DNA of 64,000 nucleotides from Chiloscyllium plagiosum (lineage: Eukaryota): the NCBI RefSeq assembly GCF_004010195.1, contig NC_057718.1, positions 76,830,079 through 76,894,078 on the forward strand, in the 5' to 3' direction. Below the pieces are notes generated by a model. It had not been told where the DNA came from. It saw only the letters and a program-made list of their open reading frames with translations, and did no database searches. This document shows positions 11,690 through 25,314 of this stretch, piece after piece; position 1 is the first letter of the stretch; the number at the start of each line of letters is the position of its first letter. The position numbers and the translations under genes were made by a program.

Positions 11690-13340
11690 AACTCTGTGGT
11701 ACCCTACTGGTTGCAGCTTGCCAACCTGAAAAATATCCATTTATCCTGAGTCTCTGCTTTGTTTCTGGTTAGCCACTCCCCTATCCAAGCTAATATATTA
11801 TCCCTAACCTAGTGTGACCTTACCTCGTGTATTAAATTTTTGTGCGGCAACTTGTCAAATGTCTCTGGAAGTCTCTGATATATAAATCTACAGGACCCTA
11901 ATTATCAACTTTATTTGTTACATCTTTGAAGAGCTCTAGCACATTAGTTAAACACAATTTACCCTTTGTAAAACCATGCTGATTTCGATGGATTACATTG
12001 GGATTTTCCAGATGTCATTTACTACTCTATTAATAATAGATTCCATTAATTTCCCAATGACAGATGCTAAGCCAACTGATCTATAACTTTCTGTTTTCTG
12101 CATCTTTCTGAAGAAAGATGTTAGTATTTTTCCAATCCATTGGAACCTTTCAGAAAATCCAATGAATTTTGGAATATTATAATCTATGCAGCCTCTATAT
12201 TCTCCCATTTCTTTTCAGATCCTGTGGTGTAGATTATCAGGCCCTGGGACTTGACTGACTTTACTCCCAATAGTTTGCTCAGTACTTTTTTTCCGAGCAA
12301 TGGCAATTGTTTCTCCTTTTCTATAACCTCTGCATTACCTATTACTTTTGAAAGTTTCATTGTCCTCCACCATGAAAACTGAGGCAAAATATTGATCTGG
12401 TGTCTGCTATTTCTGTGTTCCCTGTCATTAATTCCCCAGAATCATCCTCTAAGAGATTAACATAGATAAAACTATATATAGAACTATATTGGATGTAGGT
12501 TTGCTCACTGACGTTTCATTACCCTACTAGTTAACATCTTCAGTGGGCCTCAGGTGAAGCAATGTTGAAAATTCCTGCTTTCTACTTATATGTTTGGGTT
12601 TCTTTGGGTTGGTGATGTGGTGAGCTAACTTCCTGTTCCTTTTCTCAGGGGATGTTAGATGGGGTCTAACTTGATGTGCTTGTTGATTAGAGTTCCGGTT
12701 GGAATGCTATGCTTCTAGGAATTCTCGTGCTACTCTTTGTTTGGCTTGTCCGAAGATGAATGTGTTGTCCCAGTCGAAGTGGTGTCTTTCCTCATCCGTA
12801 TATAAGGATACTAGTGAGAGAGGGTCGTGACTTTTTGTGGCTAGTTGGTGTTCATGTATCCTGGTGGCTAGTTTTCTGCCTGTTTGTCCAATGTAGTGTT
12901 TGTTGCATTACTTTTCTTTCATAATTAACCTCTTACTCTTTTTTTTTGGTAACCCTTTGTCGGTCTTTAAAAGTTTCCCAGTCCTCCTGCCTGCCACTGA
13001 TCTTAGCAATATGGTATGCTTTCGTTCTTTGGTCTTGTTATTAAATTCCTTGCTTAGCAATGGGCACTATTTTACCTTCTTAGAACCTATCTGTCTCTCT
13101 GGAATATATATTTAGTTGGAAGGAATTGAATATCTCCTCCAATGTCTGCTACTGTGCATCAACTATTTTACCTTTCATATTTCTGTCCAGTTCACTAGGG
13201 CCAAATCGTCCCCATGCTTGTGTAATTACCTCTTTTTTTTTAACATCAGAAAACTTGGGTGGGATTCAAAGTCTCTTGTCTCAAACTGAATTTGAAATGC
13301 CACCATGTAATGATCACTCTTCCTGGGAGGATCATTTACT
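11690..13340 (-). mobile_element. Old CR1 LINE fragment interrupted by a PLE
   Basis: YRSVGLASVIGKLMESII motif in ORF 11993..12208. Confidence 0.65.
12490..12905 (-). mobile_element. PLE family B-related 3' fragment with HHR-like motif
   Basis: Reverse complement resembles 14480-14930; ctgaagatgttaactagtagggtaatgaaacgtc on minus. Confidence 0.75.
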
Positions 13341-13799
13341 AAAGAGTGGATAAAGATTTACTAGGATGTTACCTGGACTGGAAAGTTTGAGTTATAAAGA
13401 GAGGCTGGGACTTTTTTTCATTGGAGTGTAGGAGGTTGAAGGGTGACCTTTATAGAGGTCTACAAAGTCATGAGAGGCATAGATAAGATAGATGAATACA
13501 TGTGACAATAACAGTAATTCTAAGATAGCCAACAACTTTTACCCATGGTAGGGGAATCTAAATCGAAAGGGAATGTGTTTAAGGTAAGAGAGAAGAAATG
13601 CAAAAGGGACAGTTGTTTTTTAAGAGGGAGATGAGTGTCTGGAATGAGCGACTACAATTTTGTCATTTAATATTTGGACAGGTACGTGGATGGGATAAAC
13701 AAATAGGACTAGTTTAATTCTGAAAACTGGGTGGCATGGACATGTTGGGCCGAAAGGCCTGTTTCATGCCATATGCTGTATAGGTGGTTTTATTCTGCT

Positions 13800-14965
13800 C
13801 TTTGTAGTTCCTGAATGCTGCAGTGTGTGGTGGCTTGTTGAACTTATGTTCCAATGCAACTTCGTTTGTGGGTATACAGCGTATTAAAAAAGAATGGGTA
13901 CCTAATGAACACAGTCCGTCGATTCCTCAGCAACAAACCCAAACAAGTAGATACAATGTGTCCAGAAACTCTAGCCACTCACCCCTACATCAAAGGGTTG
14001 CACGGTGGCTCAGTGGTTAACACTGCTGCCTCACAACACCAGGGACGCAGATTCGATTTCAGCCTTGGGCAATTGTCTGTGTGGAGTTTGCACATTCTCC
14101 CCATGTCTGTGTGGGTTTCCTCTGGGTGCTCCAGTTTACTCCCGCAGTTCAAAGATGTGCAGGGGGTTAGGTGAACTGGCCATGCTAAATTGCCCATAGT
14201 GTTCAGGGACGTGTTAGTTAGGGGTAGATGTATAGTAGGGTAAGGGAATGAGTTTGGGGTGGGATTCTCTTCGGAGGGTAGTGTGGGCTTGTTGGGCTGA
14301 AGTGCCTGTTTCCACACTGTAGGGATGCTATAATCTCTGAAATGACCGCAAGACTACTCAGGCGTCTTGGCATCATGGTCGCCCACAAACCCACCAACAC
14401 ACTAAAACAGCAGCTAATGAATTTGAAAGACCCTATCCAGCCAACAAGCAAAACTAATGTAATTTACAAAATACTTTGCAAGAACTGTGACAAACACTAC
14501 ATTGGACAAACAGGCAGAAAACTAGCCACCAGGATAGATGAACATCAACTAGCCACAAAAAGGCATGACCTACTATCACTAGTATTCTTACATACAGATG
14601 ATAAAGTACACCACTTTGACTGTGACAATACATCCATCCTAGGACAAGCCAAACAGAGACATGCACGAGAATTCTCAGAAGCATGGCATTCCAACCGGAA
14701 CTCTATCAACAAACACGTCGATTTGGATCCCATCTATCAACCTCTGAGAAAAAGAACTGGAAATGACATTACAGGAAATGACATCACCAAGCCAAGGAAA
14801 CCTAAAACATAGAAAGCAGGCCATAACACCAGTGCTTCACCGGAGGCTCACTGATGATGTTATCTGGTGTGGTGACAAAACGTCTGAAATCAAACCTTCC
14901 AGCTCAATGAACAAACTTACATGCAGAACTTCTTCAACCTGAGCTACAAATCTCCAAACTCGCTA
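13800..14965 (+). mobile_element. PLE family B-related fragment with GIY-YIG endonuclease, interrupted by a SINE
   Basis: ORF 14342..14812 NVIYKILCKNCDKHYIGQTGR...EAWH; degenerate HHR near 14850. Confidence 0.88.
13996..14335 (+). mobile_element. HE1-like V-SINE inserted in a PLE
   Basis: tRNA head, V-domain tgtgtggagtttgcacattctcccc, CR1-like 3' tail. Confidence 0.85.
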
Positions 14966-14974
14966 ATCTCTCTG

Positions 14975-16440
14975 TATATCAATGCTCCTAAGTGTCCTGC
15001 CATTTCCTCTTGTGTTTGATCCCCTAAATTGCATCGCTTCTTACTTATTTGGATTAAATTCAATCTGCGATTTCACCACCAAACTTTGCAGCAGATCTAT
15101 GTCCTGCTGTATCATTTGACAACCTCCCTCACTCTCCTTAACCCCATGCTAACTGTCCCTAATAAGCCCATTCTTTTTCAAATGCAAGTAAATCCTCCCC
15201 CTAAGAATCTTCTCCAATAATTTCTCTACTACTGATGCAAGGCTCACTGGCCTATAATTTCCTGAATTATCTTGTTGTCCTCCTTAAGTAAAGAAATAAC
15301 ATTAACTATTCTCCAGTTTTCTAGGCCCTCACCTGTGGCTAAAGAGGATAGAAATATCTCTGTCGTGGCCCCAACAATCTCCTCCCTTAATATCTTGGGA
15401 TAGATCCCACCAGGCCCTGGGAACTTATCTATCTTAACATTTCCAAGACACCCAACGCTACCACCTCCTTAATATCAACATTGCCTAAAATATCAACATA
15501 CCCCTTCATAATCTTAATATCATCCATCTCCTCCTTGGAGAATACCAATACAAAGCACTCATTAAGGACCTCACCCACTTTCCCTGGTTCAATTTTCTCT
15601 TCATTCTTTTGCTCTTGAACGGGCTAATGTTTCCTAGCTACCCATCTTGCTCCTAATATATATAAAATGCCGAGGGATTCTCGTTAATCCTACTTGCCAG
15701 GGACATTTTGTGGAACCTTTTAGCCCTCCTAATTTCTCGCTGTAGTTCTTTCCTGCTTCCTCTTATATTCTTGAAAGGTCTTGTTTGAATTTAGTTTGCT
15801 AAACCTTTACATATGCTTCATTTTTTATTTTGACTAGACTTTCAATATCTGTTGTCATCTAAGGTTCCAGAATCTTGCCAGCCTTATCTTCCATCCTCAA
15901 AGGAACATGCTGGTCCTAAACTCTGATCAGCTGGCCTTTAAAAGACTCCCATATTTCAGTTGTGGATGTACTCTCAAAAAACCATCCCCAATCTAATTTC
16001 TCCTGTTCCTGCCAAATATTATTGTAATTATCATTCCCACAGTTTAGCACTTTCACCCAAGTTGTATGCATAACTATTTTGAATCTTACAAAATTATGAT
16101 CACTGTTCCCAAAATGCTCCCTCACTAAAACTTTGAACACCTTGCCTCTTCCCTAGTTGGACCATCTACCTTTTGTTTTAAGAAGTCTTCCTGGATGCAT
16201 CTAACAAGTTCTGCCTCATCTAAGCCCCTGGCAGTAAGGGAGTCCCAGTCAGTATTGAGGATATCAAAAGAATCAATGACAACAACCATGTTGTTTTTAA
16301 ATCTTTCCATGATCTGCCTACATATCTGTTCCTGTACCTCTGATAGGAGGCTATAGCGTAACTCCATCATTTTGATTTCATATTCTTTCTTAATCCTGAG
16401 TTCTACCCAAATGACCTCACTGGATGAGCCCTCCAAGGTA
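14975..16440 (-). mobile_element. Older CR1 LINE fragment (endonuclease/tether region)
   Basis: EVIWVELR and EHFGNSDHN motifs in ORFs 15916..16140 and 16125..16511. Confidence 0.75.
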
Positions 16441-19400
16441 GAATCAGAGAGATGTACAGCACAGAAACAGACCCTTTGATCCAACTCGTCCATCCTAACC
16501 ATATAGCCCAACCCAATCTAGTCCCACCTGCCAGCAACTGGTCCATATCCCTCCAAACCCTTCCTATTCATATACCCTTCCAGATGTCTTTTAAATGTTC
16601 CAATTGTACTAGCCTCCACCACTTCCTCTGGCAGTCCATTCCACACACTCACCACCCTCTGTGTGAAAAAGTTGCACCTTAAGTCTCTTTTATATCTTCC
16701 CCTCTCACCCTAAAGCTATACTCTCTACCTATGGAGTCCCCCACCCCAGGGAAAAAAATTTGTCTATTTATCCTATCCATACCGCTCATGATTTTATAAG
16801 CCTCTGTAAGGTCACCCCTCAGCCTCCAATGCTCCAGGGAAACCAGCCCTATCCTATTCAACCTCTCCTTTAGCTCAAATCCTCCAACATCTTTGTAAAT
16901 CCTTTCTGAACTCTTTCAAGTTTCACAACATCCTTCCGATAGGTTGGAGACCAGAATTGCACACAGTATTCCAAAAGTGGCCGTACCAATGTCCTGTACA
17001 GCTGCATCACGACCTCCCAACTCCTGTACTCAATATTCTGACCAATAAAGAAAAGTATACCAAACACTTTCTACACTATCCTATCTACCTGCGACTCTAC
17101 TTTCAAAGATCTATGAACCTGCAATCCAAGGTCTCTTTGTTCAGCAACACTCCTGGGACCTTACCATTAAGTGTATAAGTCCTGCTAAGATTTGCTTTCC
17201 CAAAATGCAGCACCTTGCATTTATCTAAATTAAACTCCAAATGCCACTCCTCAGCCCATTGGTTCATCTGATCAAGAGTCCATTGTAATCTGAGGTAACC
17301 TTCTTTGCTGCCCATTACACTTCCAATTTTGGTGTCATCTGCAAACTTACAAACTATATACCTCCTAAGCTCACATCCATATCATTTCTATAAATGACGA
17401 AAAGTAGTGGATCCAGCACCAATCCTCGTGGCACTCCACTGGTCACAGGCCTCCAGTCTTCTACCTTTGTGCCAGTTCTGTATCCAAAGGGCTAGTTCTC
17501 CCTGTATTCCATGAGATCTAACCTTGCTAACCAGTCTCCCATGGAGAACCTTGTTGAATGCCTTACTGAAGTCCATGTTGATCACATCTACTGCTCTGCC
17601 CTCATCAATCCTCTTTGTTACTTCTTCAAAAAACTCAATCAAGTTTGTGAGACATGATTTCCCACACACAAAGCCCTAATCAGTACTTGCCTTTCCAAAT
17701 ACATGTACATCCTGCCCTTCAGGATTCCCTCCCACAACTTGCCCACCACCGATATCAGGCTCACTGGTCTATAGTTCCCTGGCTTGTCCTTACCACCTTT
17801 CTTAAATAGTGGCACCATGTTTGCCATCCTCCAGTCTTCCGACACCTCACCTGTGACTATCGATGATAGAAATACCTCAGCAAGAGGCCTAGCAATCACT
17901 TCCCTAGCTTCCCACAAAGTTCTAGGGTACACCTGATCAGGTCCTGGGGATTTATCAACTCCTGGGGATTTATCAACTTTTATGCGTTTCACGATATTCA
18001 GCACTTGCTCCTTTGTAATATGGACATTTTTCAAGATGTCACCATCTACTTCCCTACATTCAATGTCTTCCATGTCCTTTTCCACAGTAAACACTAGTGC
18101 AAAATACTCGTTTAGTATCTCCCCCATTTTCTGCGGCTTCACACAAAGGTTGCCTTGCTGATCTTAGAGGGGCCCTATTCTCTCCCTAGTTACTTTTTGT
18201 CCTTAATGTATTTGTAAAAACCCTTTGGATTCTCCTTAATTCTATTTTCCAAAGTTATTTCATGTACCCTTATTGCCCTCCTGATTTCCCTTTTCAGTAT
18301 ACTCATACTGCCTTTATACTTTTCTAAGGATTCACTCGATCTGTCCTGTCTATACCTGACATAAGCTTCCTTCTTTTTCTTAACCAAACCTTCAACTTCT
18401 TTAGTGATCCAAGATTTCCTATACCTACCAGCCTTTCCTTCCACCCTAATACTTTCTCTGGATTCTCGTTATCTCATTTCTGAAGGCTTCCCACTTTCCA
18501 GCCGTCCCTTTACCTGTGAACATTTGCCCCCAGTTAGCTTTTAAATGTTCTTGCCTAATACAGTCAAAATTGGTCTTCCTCCAAATTAGAACTTCAACTT
18601 TTAGATCTGGTCTGTCCTTTTCCATCACTACTTTAAAACTAATAGAATTATGGTCGCTGGCCCCAAAGTGTTCCCCCACTGACACCTCAGTCACCTCCCC
18701 TGCCTTATTTCCCAAGAGGAGGTCAAGCTTTGCCTCTTCTCGAGTAGGTACATCCACATACAGAATCAGAAACTTTTCTTGTACACACTTAACAAATTCC
18801 TCTCCATCTAAACCTCCATCTAGTGGGCGGCACGGTGGCACAGTGGTTAGCACTGCTGCCTCACAGCACCAGAGACCCGGGTTCAATTCCCGCCTCAGGC
18901 GACTCTCTGTGTGGAGTTTGCACATTCTCCCCGTGTCTGCGTGGGTTTCCTCCGGGTGGTCCGCTTTCCTCCCATAATCCAAAAATGTGCAGATTCGGTG
19001 AATTGACCATGCTAAATTGTCCGTAGTGTTAGGTGAAGGGGTAAATGTAGGGGAATGGGTCTGGGTGTTATACACTTTGGCGGGTCGGTGTGGACTTGTT
19101 GGGCCGAAGGGCCTGTTTCCACACAGTAAGTAATCTCATATAATCTAATCTAAACCCTTAACACTACGGCAGTCCCAGTCTATATTTGGAAAGTTAAAAT
19201 CTCCTACCATAACCACCCTATTATTCTTACAAAAAGCTGAGATGTCCTTACAAATTTGTTTCTCAATTTCCCTCTGATTATTAGGGGGTCTATAATACAA
19301 TCCCAATAAGATGATCATCCCTTTCTTATTTCTCAGTTCCACCCAAATAACTTCCTTGGATGTATTTCCAGGAATATCCTCCCTTAGTACAGCTGTAATG

Positions 19401-20590
19401 CTATCCCTTATCAAAATCACCAGTGCCCCTCCTTTGTTGCCCGCCTATCTTTCCTGTAGCATTTGTATCCTGGAACATTAATCTGCCAGTCCTATCCATC
19501 CCTGAGCCATGTTTCTGCCATTGCTATGATATCCTAGTCCCATGTTCCTAACCATGCCCTGAGTTCATCTGCCTTCCCCGTTAGGCCCCTTGCATTGAAA
19601 TAAATGCAGTTTAATTTCTAAGTCCTACCTTCTCCTTGCCTGCCCTGACTGTTTGACTCGCTTCTGCTCTCAACTGTACCAGCCTCAGATTGATCCCTTT
19701 CGTCACTATCTCCTTGGGTCCCCCCCTTACTAGTTAAATCATCCCAATCAGCTCTAGCAAATGCCCTGCCAGTATATTAGTCACCTTCAATTTAGGTGCA
19801 ATCTGTCCTTTTTGTACAGGCCACTTCTACCCCAAAGGAGATTCCAATGATCCAAAAATGTGAGTCGTTTTCCCATACATCAGCTCCTCAGCCATGCATT
19901 CACCTGCTCTATCCTCCTAATCCTGCCGTCACTAGCTCGTAGCACTGGGAGTAATCCAGATATTACTACTCTCGAGGATCTCATTTTTAAATTCCTGCCT
20001 AAATCTCTGAAATCTCCCTTCAGAATCTCAATCTTTTCCCTTCCTATGTTGGTGGTTCCAATGTGGACAATAACCTCTTGCTGGCCTCTCTACCCCTTGA
20101 GAACATTCTGCACCCTCTCTGAGACATCCTTGATCCTGGCACCAGGGAAGCAACACACCATTCTGATTTTTCGCTGCTGGCCACAGAAGCGTCTGTCTGT
20201 ACCTGGGACTAGAGAGTCCCCTAACACAATTGACATTTTGGAACCCGATGTACCCCTCGTTGCATTAGAGCCAGTCTTAATACCGGAAACTTGGCTGTTT
20301 GTGCTACGTTGCCCTGAGAATCCATCAGCCCAACATTTTCCAAAACAGCATACTTGTTTGAAATGGGGAGAGCCACAGAAGGCTCCCGCACTAACTTCCT
20401 ACTTCTCTTGCCTTTCCTGGATTTAACCTATCTATGTGACTGTATCTGCGATTTTTTTTCCCCCCTTCCTATAACTGCCATCCATCACATATCGTTGCTG
20501 TTGCAAATTCCTCATTGCCTCTAACTGTGTCTCCAACTGATCCATTCGATCTGATAGGATTTGCAACTAACAGCATTTATTGCAGATATA
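16441..20590 (-). mobile_element. Long CR1/HER1-type LINE: part of esterase ORF1, APE endonuclease, RT and 3' end; frameshifted
   Basis: GDFNFPNIDW, EHFGASDHN, PGNYRPVSL, DFSKAFNKV, LLEYCVQFWSP; ORF1 LGDSLVPGTDRRFCG...CCFPGARIKDV. Confidence 0.92.
18825..19152 (+). mobile_element. Full-length HE1-like V-SINE inserted in the CR1
   Basis: gggcggcacggtggcacagtggttagc head, V-domain, taatc-repeat tail; atctaaacc on both sides. Confidence 0.9.
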
Positions 20591-20940
20591 GTTCTGTTCG
20601 CCGAGCTGGAAATTTTTGTTGCAAACGTTTCGTCCCCTGTCTAGGTGACATCCTCAGTGATTGGGAGCCTCCTGTGAAGCGCTTCCGCGGTGTTTCCTCC
20701 GGCATTTATAGCCTGTCCCTGCCGCTTCCAGTTGTCAGTTTCAGCTGTCCGCTGTAGTGGCCGGTATATTGGGTCCAGGTCATGTGTTTGTTGATGGAGT
20801 TTGTGGATGAGTGCCATGCTTCTAGGAATTCCCTGGCTGTTCTTTGTTTGGCTTGTCCTATAATGGTAGTGTTGTGAGTTGTTGCCTGAGGGTGGCTGTT
20901 GGTTTGTGTGCTGTTATAAGTCCTAGTGGTCGCAGTAGTC
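20591..20940 (-). mobile_element. PLE family B 3' fragment with HHR
   Basis: Reverse complement of parts of 35230-35790 with an internal deletion. Confidence 0.82.
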
Positions 20941-20944
20941 AGAC

Positions 20945-21810
20945 CACATACATCTCCACATACATCGCATCATCCTCTGCCACTTTCGCCACCAGATATA
21001 TTTTTCCTTCCTCGCTCCTATTAGCATTCCGGAGAGACCATTCCCTCCGTGATTCCTCGTCTGATCCATGACCCCCATCAGCCCACACCCCACTCCCAGT
21101 GCCTTCCTCTGCTACTGCAGGAAATGCAAAACCTGCACCTAAATCCTCCTGCCACCTCCGTCCAAGGCCCCAAAGGATCTTCGCACATCCAACAGAACTT
21201 TACCTGTCATCTACTTACCACCAATCTCATCTACTGTATCCGTTGCACCCCATGTGGTCTCCCCTACAGCCGGGAGACAAGATGCCAACTTAATGATCAT
21301 TTCAGAGAACATCTCTGGGACACCTGCACCAACCAACCCCACTGCCCCGTGGCTGAACACTTCAACTCCCTCTCCTGCTCCGCCAAAGACAAGCAGGTCC
21401 TGAGGCCTCCTCCATTGCCAAACCCTTATCGTCTGATGCCTGGAGGAAGACCGCTTCCTGTTCCGCCTTGGGACCCTGCAACCACATGGGATCAATGTGG
21501 ATTTCACCAGTTTCCTTATTTCTCCTTCCCCCCCCCCAACATTATCTCAGTCCCAAGCCTCCAATTTAGCACTGCCCTCCTGACCTGTCCAACACCTTTC
21601 CCATCCATCCGCTCCACCCTTGTATCTGAACTATCACCTTCATCTATCTATCACATTCTCAGCTACCTACCCCTCCCACCCCCGTCCCATTTATCTCCCA
21701 GCTCCCCTGGCCACAAGCCTATTCCTGATGAAGGGCTTATGACTGAAATGTCGATTCTTCTGCTCCTTGGATGCTGCCTGACCTGCATTTCCTCAGCACC
21801 ACACTCTCGA
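20945..21810 (+). mobile_element. PLE family A fragment (GIY-YIG region plus degenerate HHR)
   Basis: NLIYCIRCTPCGLPY...FREHL...PVAEHFN; ctgatgaagggcttatgactgaaatgtcg at 21725. Confidence 0.82.
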
Positions 21811-23331
21811 CCTTAACCTCTACCTTGTCCTCAGTCACTTCACTTGCTGACTTACTTTGCTGGTTCCCTCCCTGTTCCAGCCACAATACTTTAAACCTTC
21901 CTAAGTGGTAATAACAAACTCCCTACAAGGATATTAGTGCTCCGCCAAATTGATGTGCGACCTAACCTAATACAGGTCCCTTCTGCCTTGGAAGAGATGC
22001 CAATGATCCAGATTTCTGAAGCACTCCTTCTTTCGCCAGCTCTTTAGCCACATGTTAACGTGTATTAATATTTCTTGCCTCACAAACATAAGTTTACACC
22101 CTGTTCCACAAGATCACAATCCCAGAGGTCCTGCTTTTCAACTTGGTACTGAACTTCCTAAATTCTCATTCCAGGGAAGTAATCTCTCTTCCTGTCTATG
22201 CCATTAACACAAGTAAGGACCATGACTGCTTGCTATTCACCCTCCCCTTTCAGAATGTCCTGTGCCCACTCTAATATGCCTGACCTTGAAGCTACAAGAC
22301 AGGTCAGAGGCTAGGAAAGTGGCAAGTATCTCACTCCCTTACACCCGAAGGCTTGTCCACCATCTGGAAGGTACAAATCAGGGAATTATAGAATGCAGTA
22401 CGGCTCTAACAATGTTCAAAAAGCTCAACACCATCCAAGCTAAAGTTGTCAATTTGATTGGCATCTCATTTACCAACTTAAGCATTCACTGTCAACACTG
22501 CTGATGCACAGTGGCAGCAATGTGTGTCATCTAAAAGATGCACTGCAGCAACTCACTAAGGCTGCATCAGCAACATCGTCCGACTTATGACCTCTTAGAA
22601 GGACAAGGGCAGCAAATACCTGGGAGCAGCACCATCCGCAAATTCCCTTCCAATTTGCAGGCAACTGGGACTTGAAACTGTTTCACAGTTTTTTTTTAAT
22701 TGTTGATGAGCCAAAATCTTGGATCTTTCTTCCTAACAGCACTGTGATTGTCCCCACACTTCAAACTGTAATAGGGTTAGAGTTCAAGAAGGCAGTTCAT
22801 CACCAGCATCTCTAGGGCAATTATGTATTGGCATAAATGCAGGCCCACAGAGATGTTGATATCTCGTTAACTAATTAGAATTCTAAAGTTCCACCTCCAG
22901 CAAATTGTCTTTAAATTGGTTTGCTGTGATTAGACATACACTCAACTAAGTCTGAGTCTTCAGGTGGCATGGCAGGGAATTCCCCAACTGAAAAATGTTG
23001 CCCATATATTCCTCTCTTTGTATTCCCTATTATCTCCACACTTGCTGTATTGAATCCAGTAATTTGTTCTTCTTAAACAGTAACAGGAGCATTAACAAAT
23101 TGTCATCAAACTTTCAAAATCCTACTATAATGCACAGTCTTTGTTTTCCTTCAGTGTACCATACAACTGAGACAAAATCAATATCATAGAAGGAAGCCAT
23201 TTGACCTATTGAGATTTTCCTAGTGTACTTAAAGAATTGCTATAATGACAAGAATCGTCAATAGTCCTTCAACAGCACCTTCCAGACTTGCAGCTCCTAT
23301 CACCTAGAATGACAAGTGCTTCAGATTTATT

Positions 23332-23505
23332 TGAAATCTCAAGCTTTCTGAGTGCTGCTTCTTTATCAGGTGCAGTAACTTCACCTGACGAAGGAGCAGC
23401 GCTCCAAAAGCTTGTGATTTCAAATAAACCTGTTGGGGCTATAACCTAGTGTCATGTGACTTCTGATTTTGTCCACCCCAGTCTAACACCAGCACCTCCA
23501 CATCA
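23332..23505. mobile_element. Family C HHR element with short inverted arm
   Basis: cac-ctgacga-a-GGAGC-agc-GCTCC-aaaagctt-gtg preceded by a diverged reverse complement. Confidence 0.65.
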
Positions 23506-23833
23506 AGTGCAGCAGGTGCTTAGCAGTGCCACCTCCAAATTGTCCTCCAAGTTACACCCCTTTGTCTTGGAACTTTATCTCTATTCCATCATTATCACTG
23601 TTCAAAATTCTCCAACTCCTCACCTAACAGCAGTGCAGATGTACCTACACTACATGGACTGCAGCAGAACAAGAAGGTGGCTCACTACCACCATATTGAA
23701 CTTATCAGCTCCTATAAAAGAATTTTAAAATAGAGACATTATCTTGTCGCTTGTTATAGCATGATTTTCTTGTAACACAGGTTTTTAAAGAAAAATGCAA
23801 CTTTGCAACTGTTTTTGTCTGTTTCTATGGTAG

Positions 23834-23917
23834 ATAGTCCAAGATGATACTGATACTGTACAGTCTCGTGGCAAGCTCCCAGAAGGGAGGCAAACTGCTT
23901 TAAATACAGGGACCAAG
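23834..23917 (+). CDS. CEP43: CEP43 exon, IVQDDTDTVQSRGKLPEGRQTALNTGTK
   Basis: ggtag acceptor after a pyrimidine-rich stretch, aag|gtaaga donor, 84 nt phase 0-0; positional match to human ...SPPKSPEGKTSAQTTPSK. Confidence 0.8.
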
Positions 23918-24713
23918 GTAAGAGTATTGTTAACTTTGGCAATTTCTTTGGACGCAGGTTTCCTACATTCTTGATATGGTTGTTCACAAACATCATAATC
24001 ATTCATACAAGATTTTCAATCAAATGATATTTACAACATCAATAACATAAATGTACTATTGAAGTAAAGACGTTTCACTTAATTGGCATAGACAGAATAA
24101 AGTCATCATAATATTCCTTTAAATTACTCAATTTGCAACATTTACAATCTGATGATCTCGTCAGTTTTTGTTCTCATTTAGAAATTAAATTATCAAATAA
24201 CTTTAATGAAGCAAACTAGCTAAAGGTACAGTGGGAATTTTGTGGTTTATTTTTTAAAAATTATTAGTTTGGATTCTGAGGAATTGTTACAGCATAATAT
24301 TCGAGCAGAATACTGCTTGCAACACAAACTTTGCTTCCCCCCTCTACAGATGCTGCTAGACTTGCTGAGTTTCTCCAGCATTAAGATTTTATTTTTGTAT
24401 AATATGAGACAGAACAATGTACCTATTCTTTTGTATACTATCAAATTTTGTAATTCAAAGTTGCTTGATTGAAACTATCTGCTCATTCCTTCCAGCCAGT
24501 TAGTTCCCATTTTATTACATTATTTACATAATTTTTCTCAGCACAACCACAAAATGACTGAATTAGCAGGCATTGATTATGCAATATTCTGTCACTAGGT
24601 GGCACCAAGATGTATCACATCTTGAATCACATTTGAATTTTCCAACAATTTAATTTAAATAAATTAAGTTTCAAGCAGATTAGAATTGTTAGGATTTGAC
24701 TATAAATAAAAGA

Positions 24714-24926
24714 TTGGAGTATAATTGGATAAAATGTAATCCTCTGCTGAGCATAGACTATTTAGGATCAGACAGCAGAAATCTACAAATCAGTGAGTTG
24801 ATTTGTACAGCCCATTCTTAATTAAATGTTGGTGAATTCAAACTTACTGATTTGTAGATTTCTGCTGTCTGATGCTAAATAGTCTATGCTCAGCAGAGGA
24901 TTACATTTTATCCAATTATACTCCAA
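24714..24926. repeat. Long inverted repeat (about 85-bp arms, about 38-bp spacer)
   Basis: 24714-24800 is the near-perfect reverse complement of 24839-24926. Confidence 0.9.
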
Positions 24927-25314
24927 CCTTCACGAATTTCAGATGTGACATGAGGCTGAGCTCTTCTTTTGTCGCTTTTGCTTCTGTGTCCACTTCTTTG
25001 GGTCCTTTTCACTTCATTGACACTTTCACCCATCTGCAATTTTATCCTTCCGCACAGACACCACCCTTTGGTTTCTTGTACGCTTTTAATCTTTTCATCA
25101 AGAACTGTGAGCACAACATCAAACTTCTGAATTTCTCTGCTCTTGTCACATATTCTAACATGACTCTTTCTGAATTTACTATACTGTATGGTCTCAGGTC
25201 TGATCCTGGCATTGTTATCAATCCAGCATTTTAAGGGTGGTGCTGTTGTCGTCAAGCATACTAAACTCTACCTGAATGCCAGCAATACTTCCTATCTCCT
25301 CCAAACCATGACCC

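Noticed and set aside
18825..18900. tRNA genes at SINE heads (also about 9790, 13996, 40888, 44300-44370)
   Set aside because: They continue into SINE bodies and do not form complete cloverleaves
24714..24926. microRNA gene
   Set aside because: Arms too long and too perfect for a typical pre-miRNA; no known mature sequence recognised
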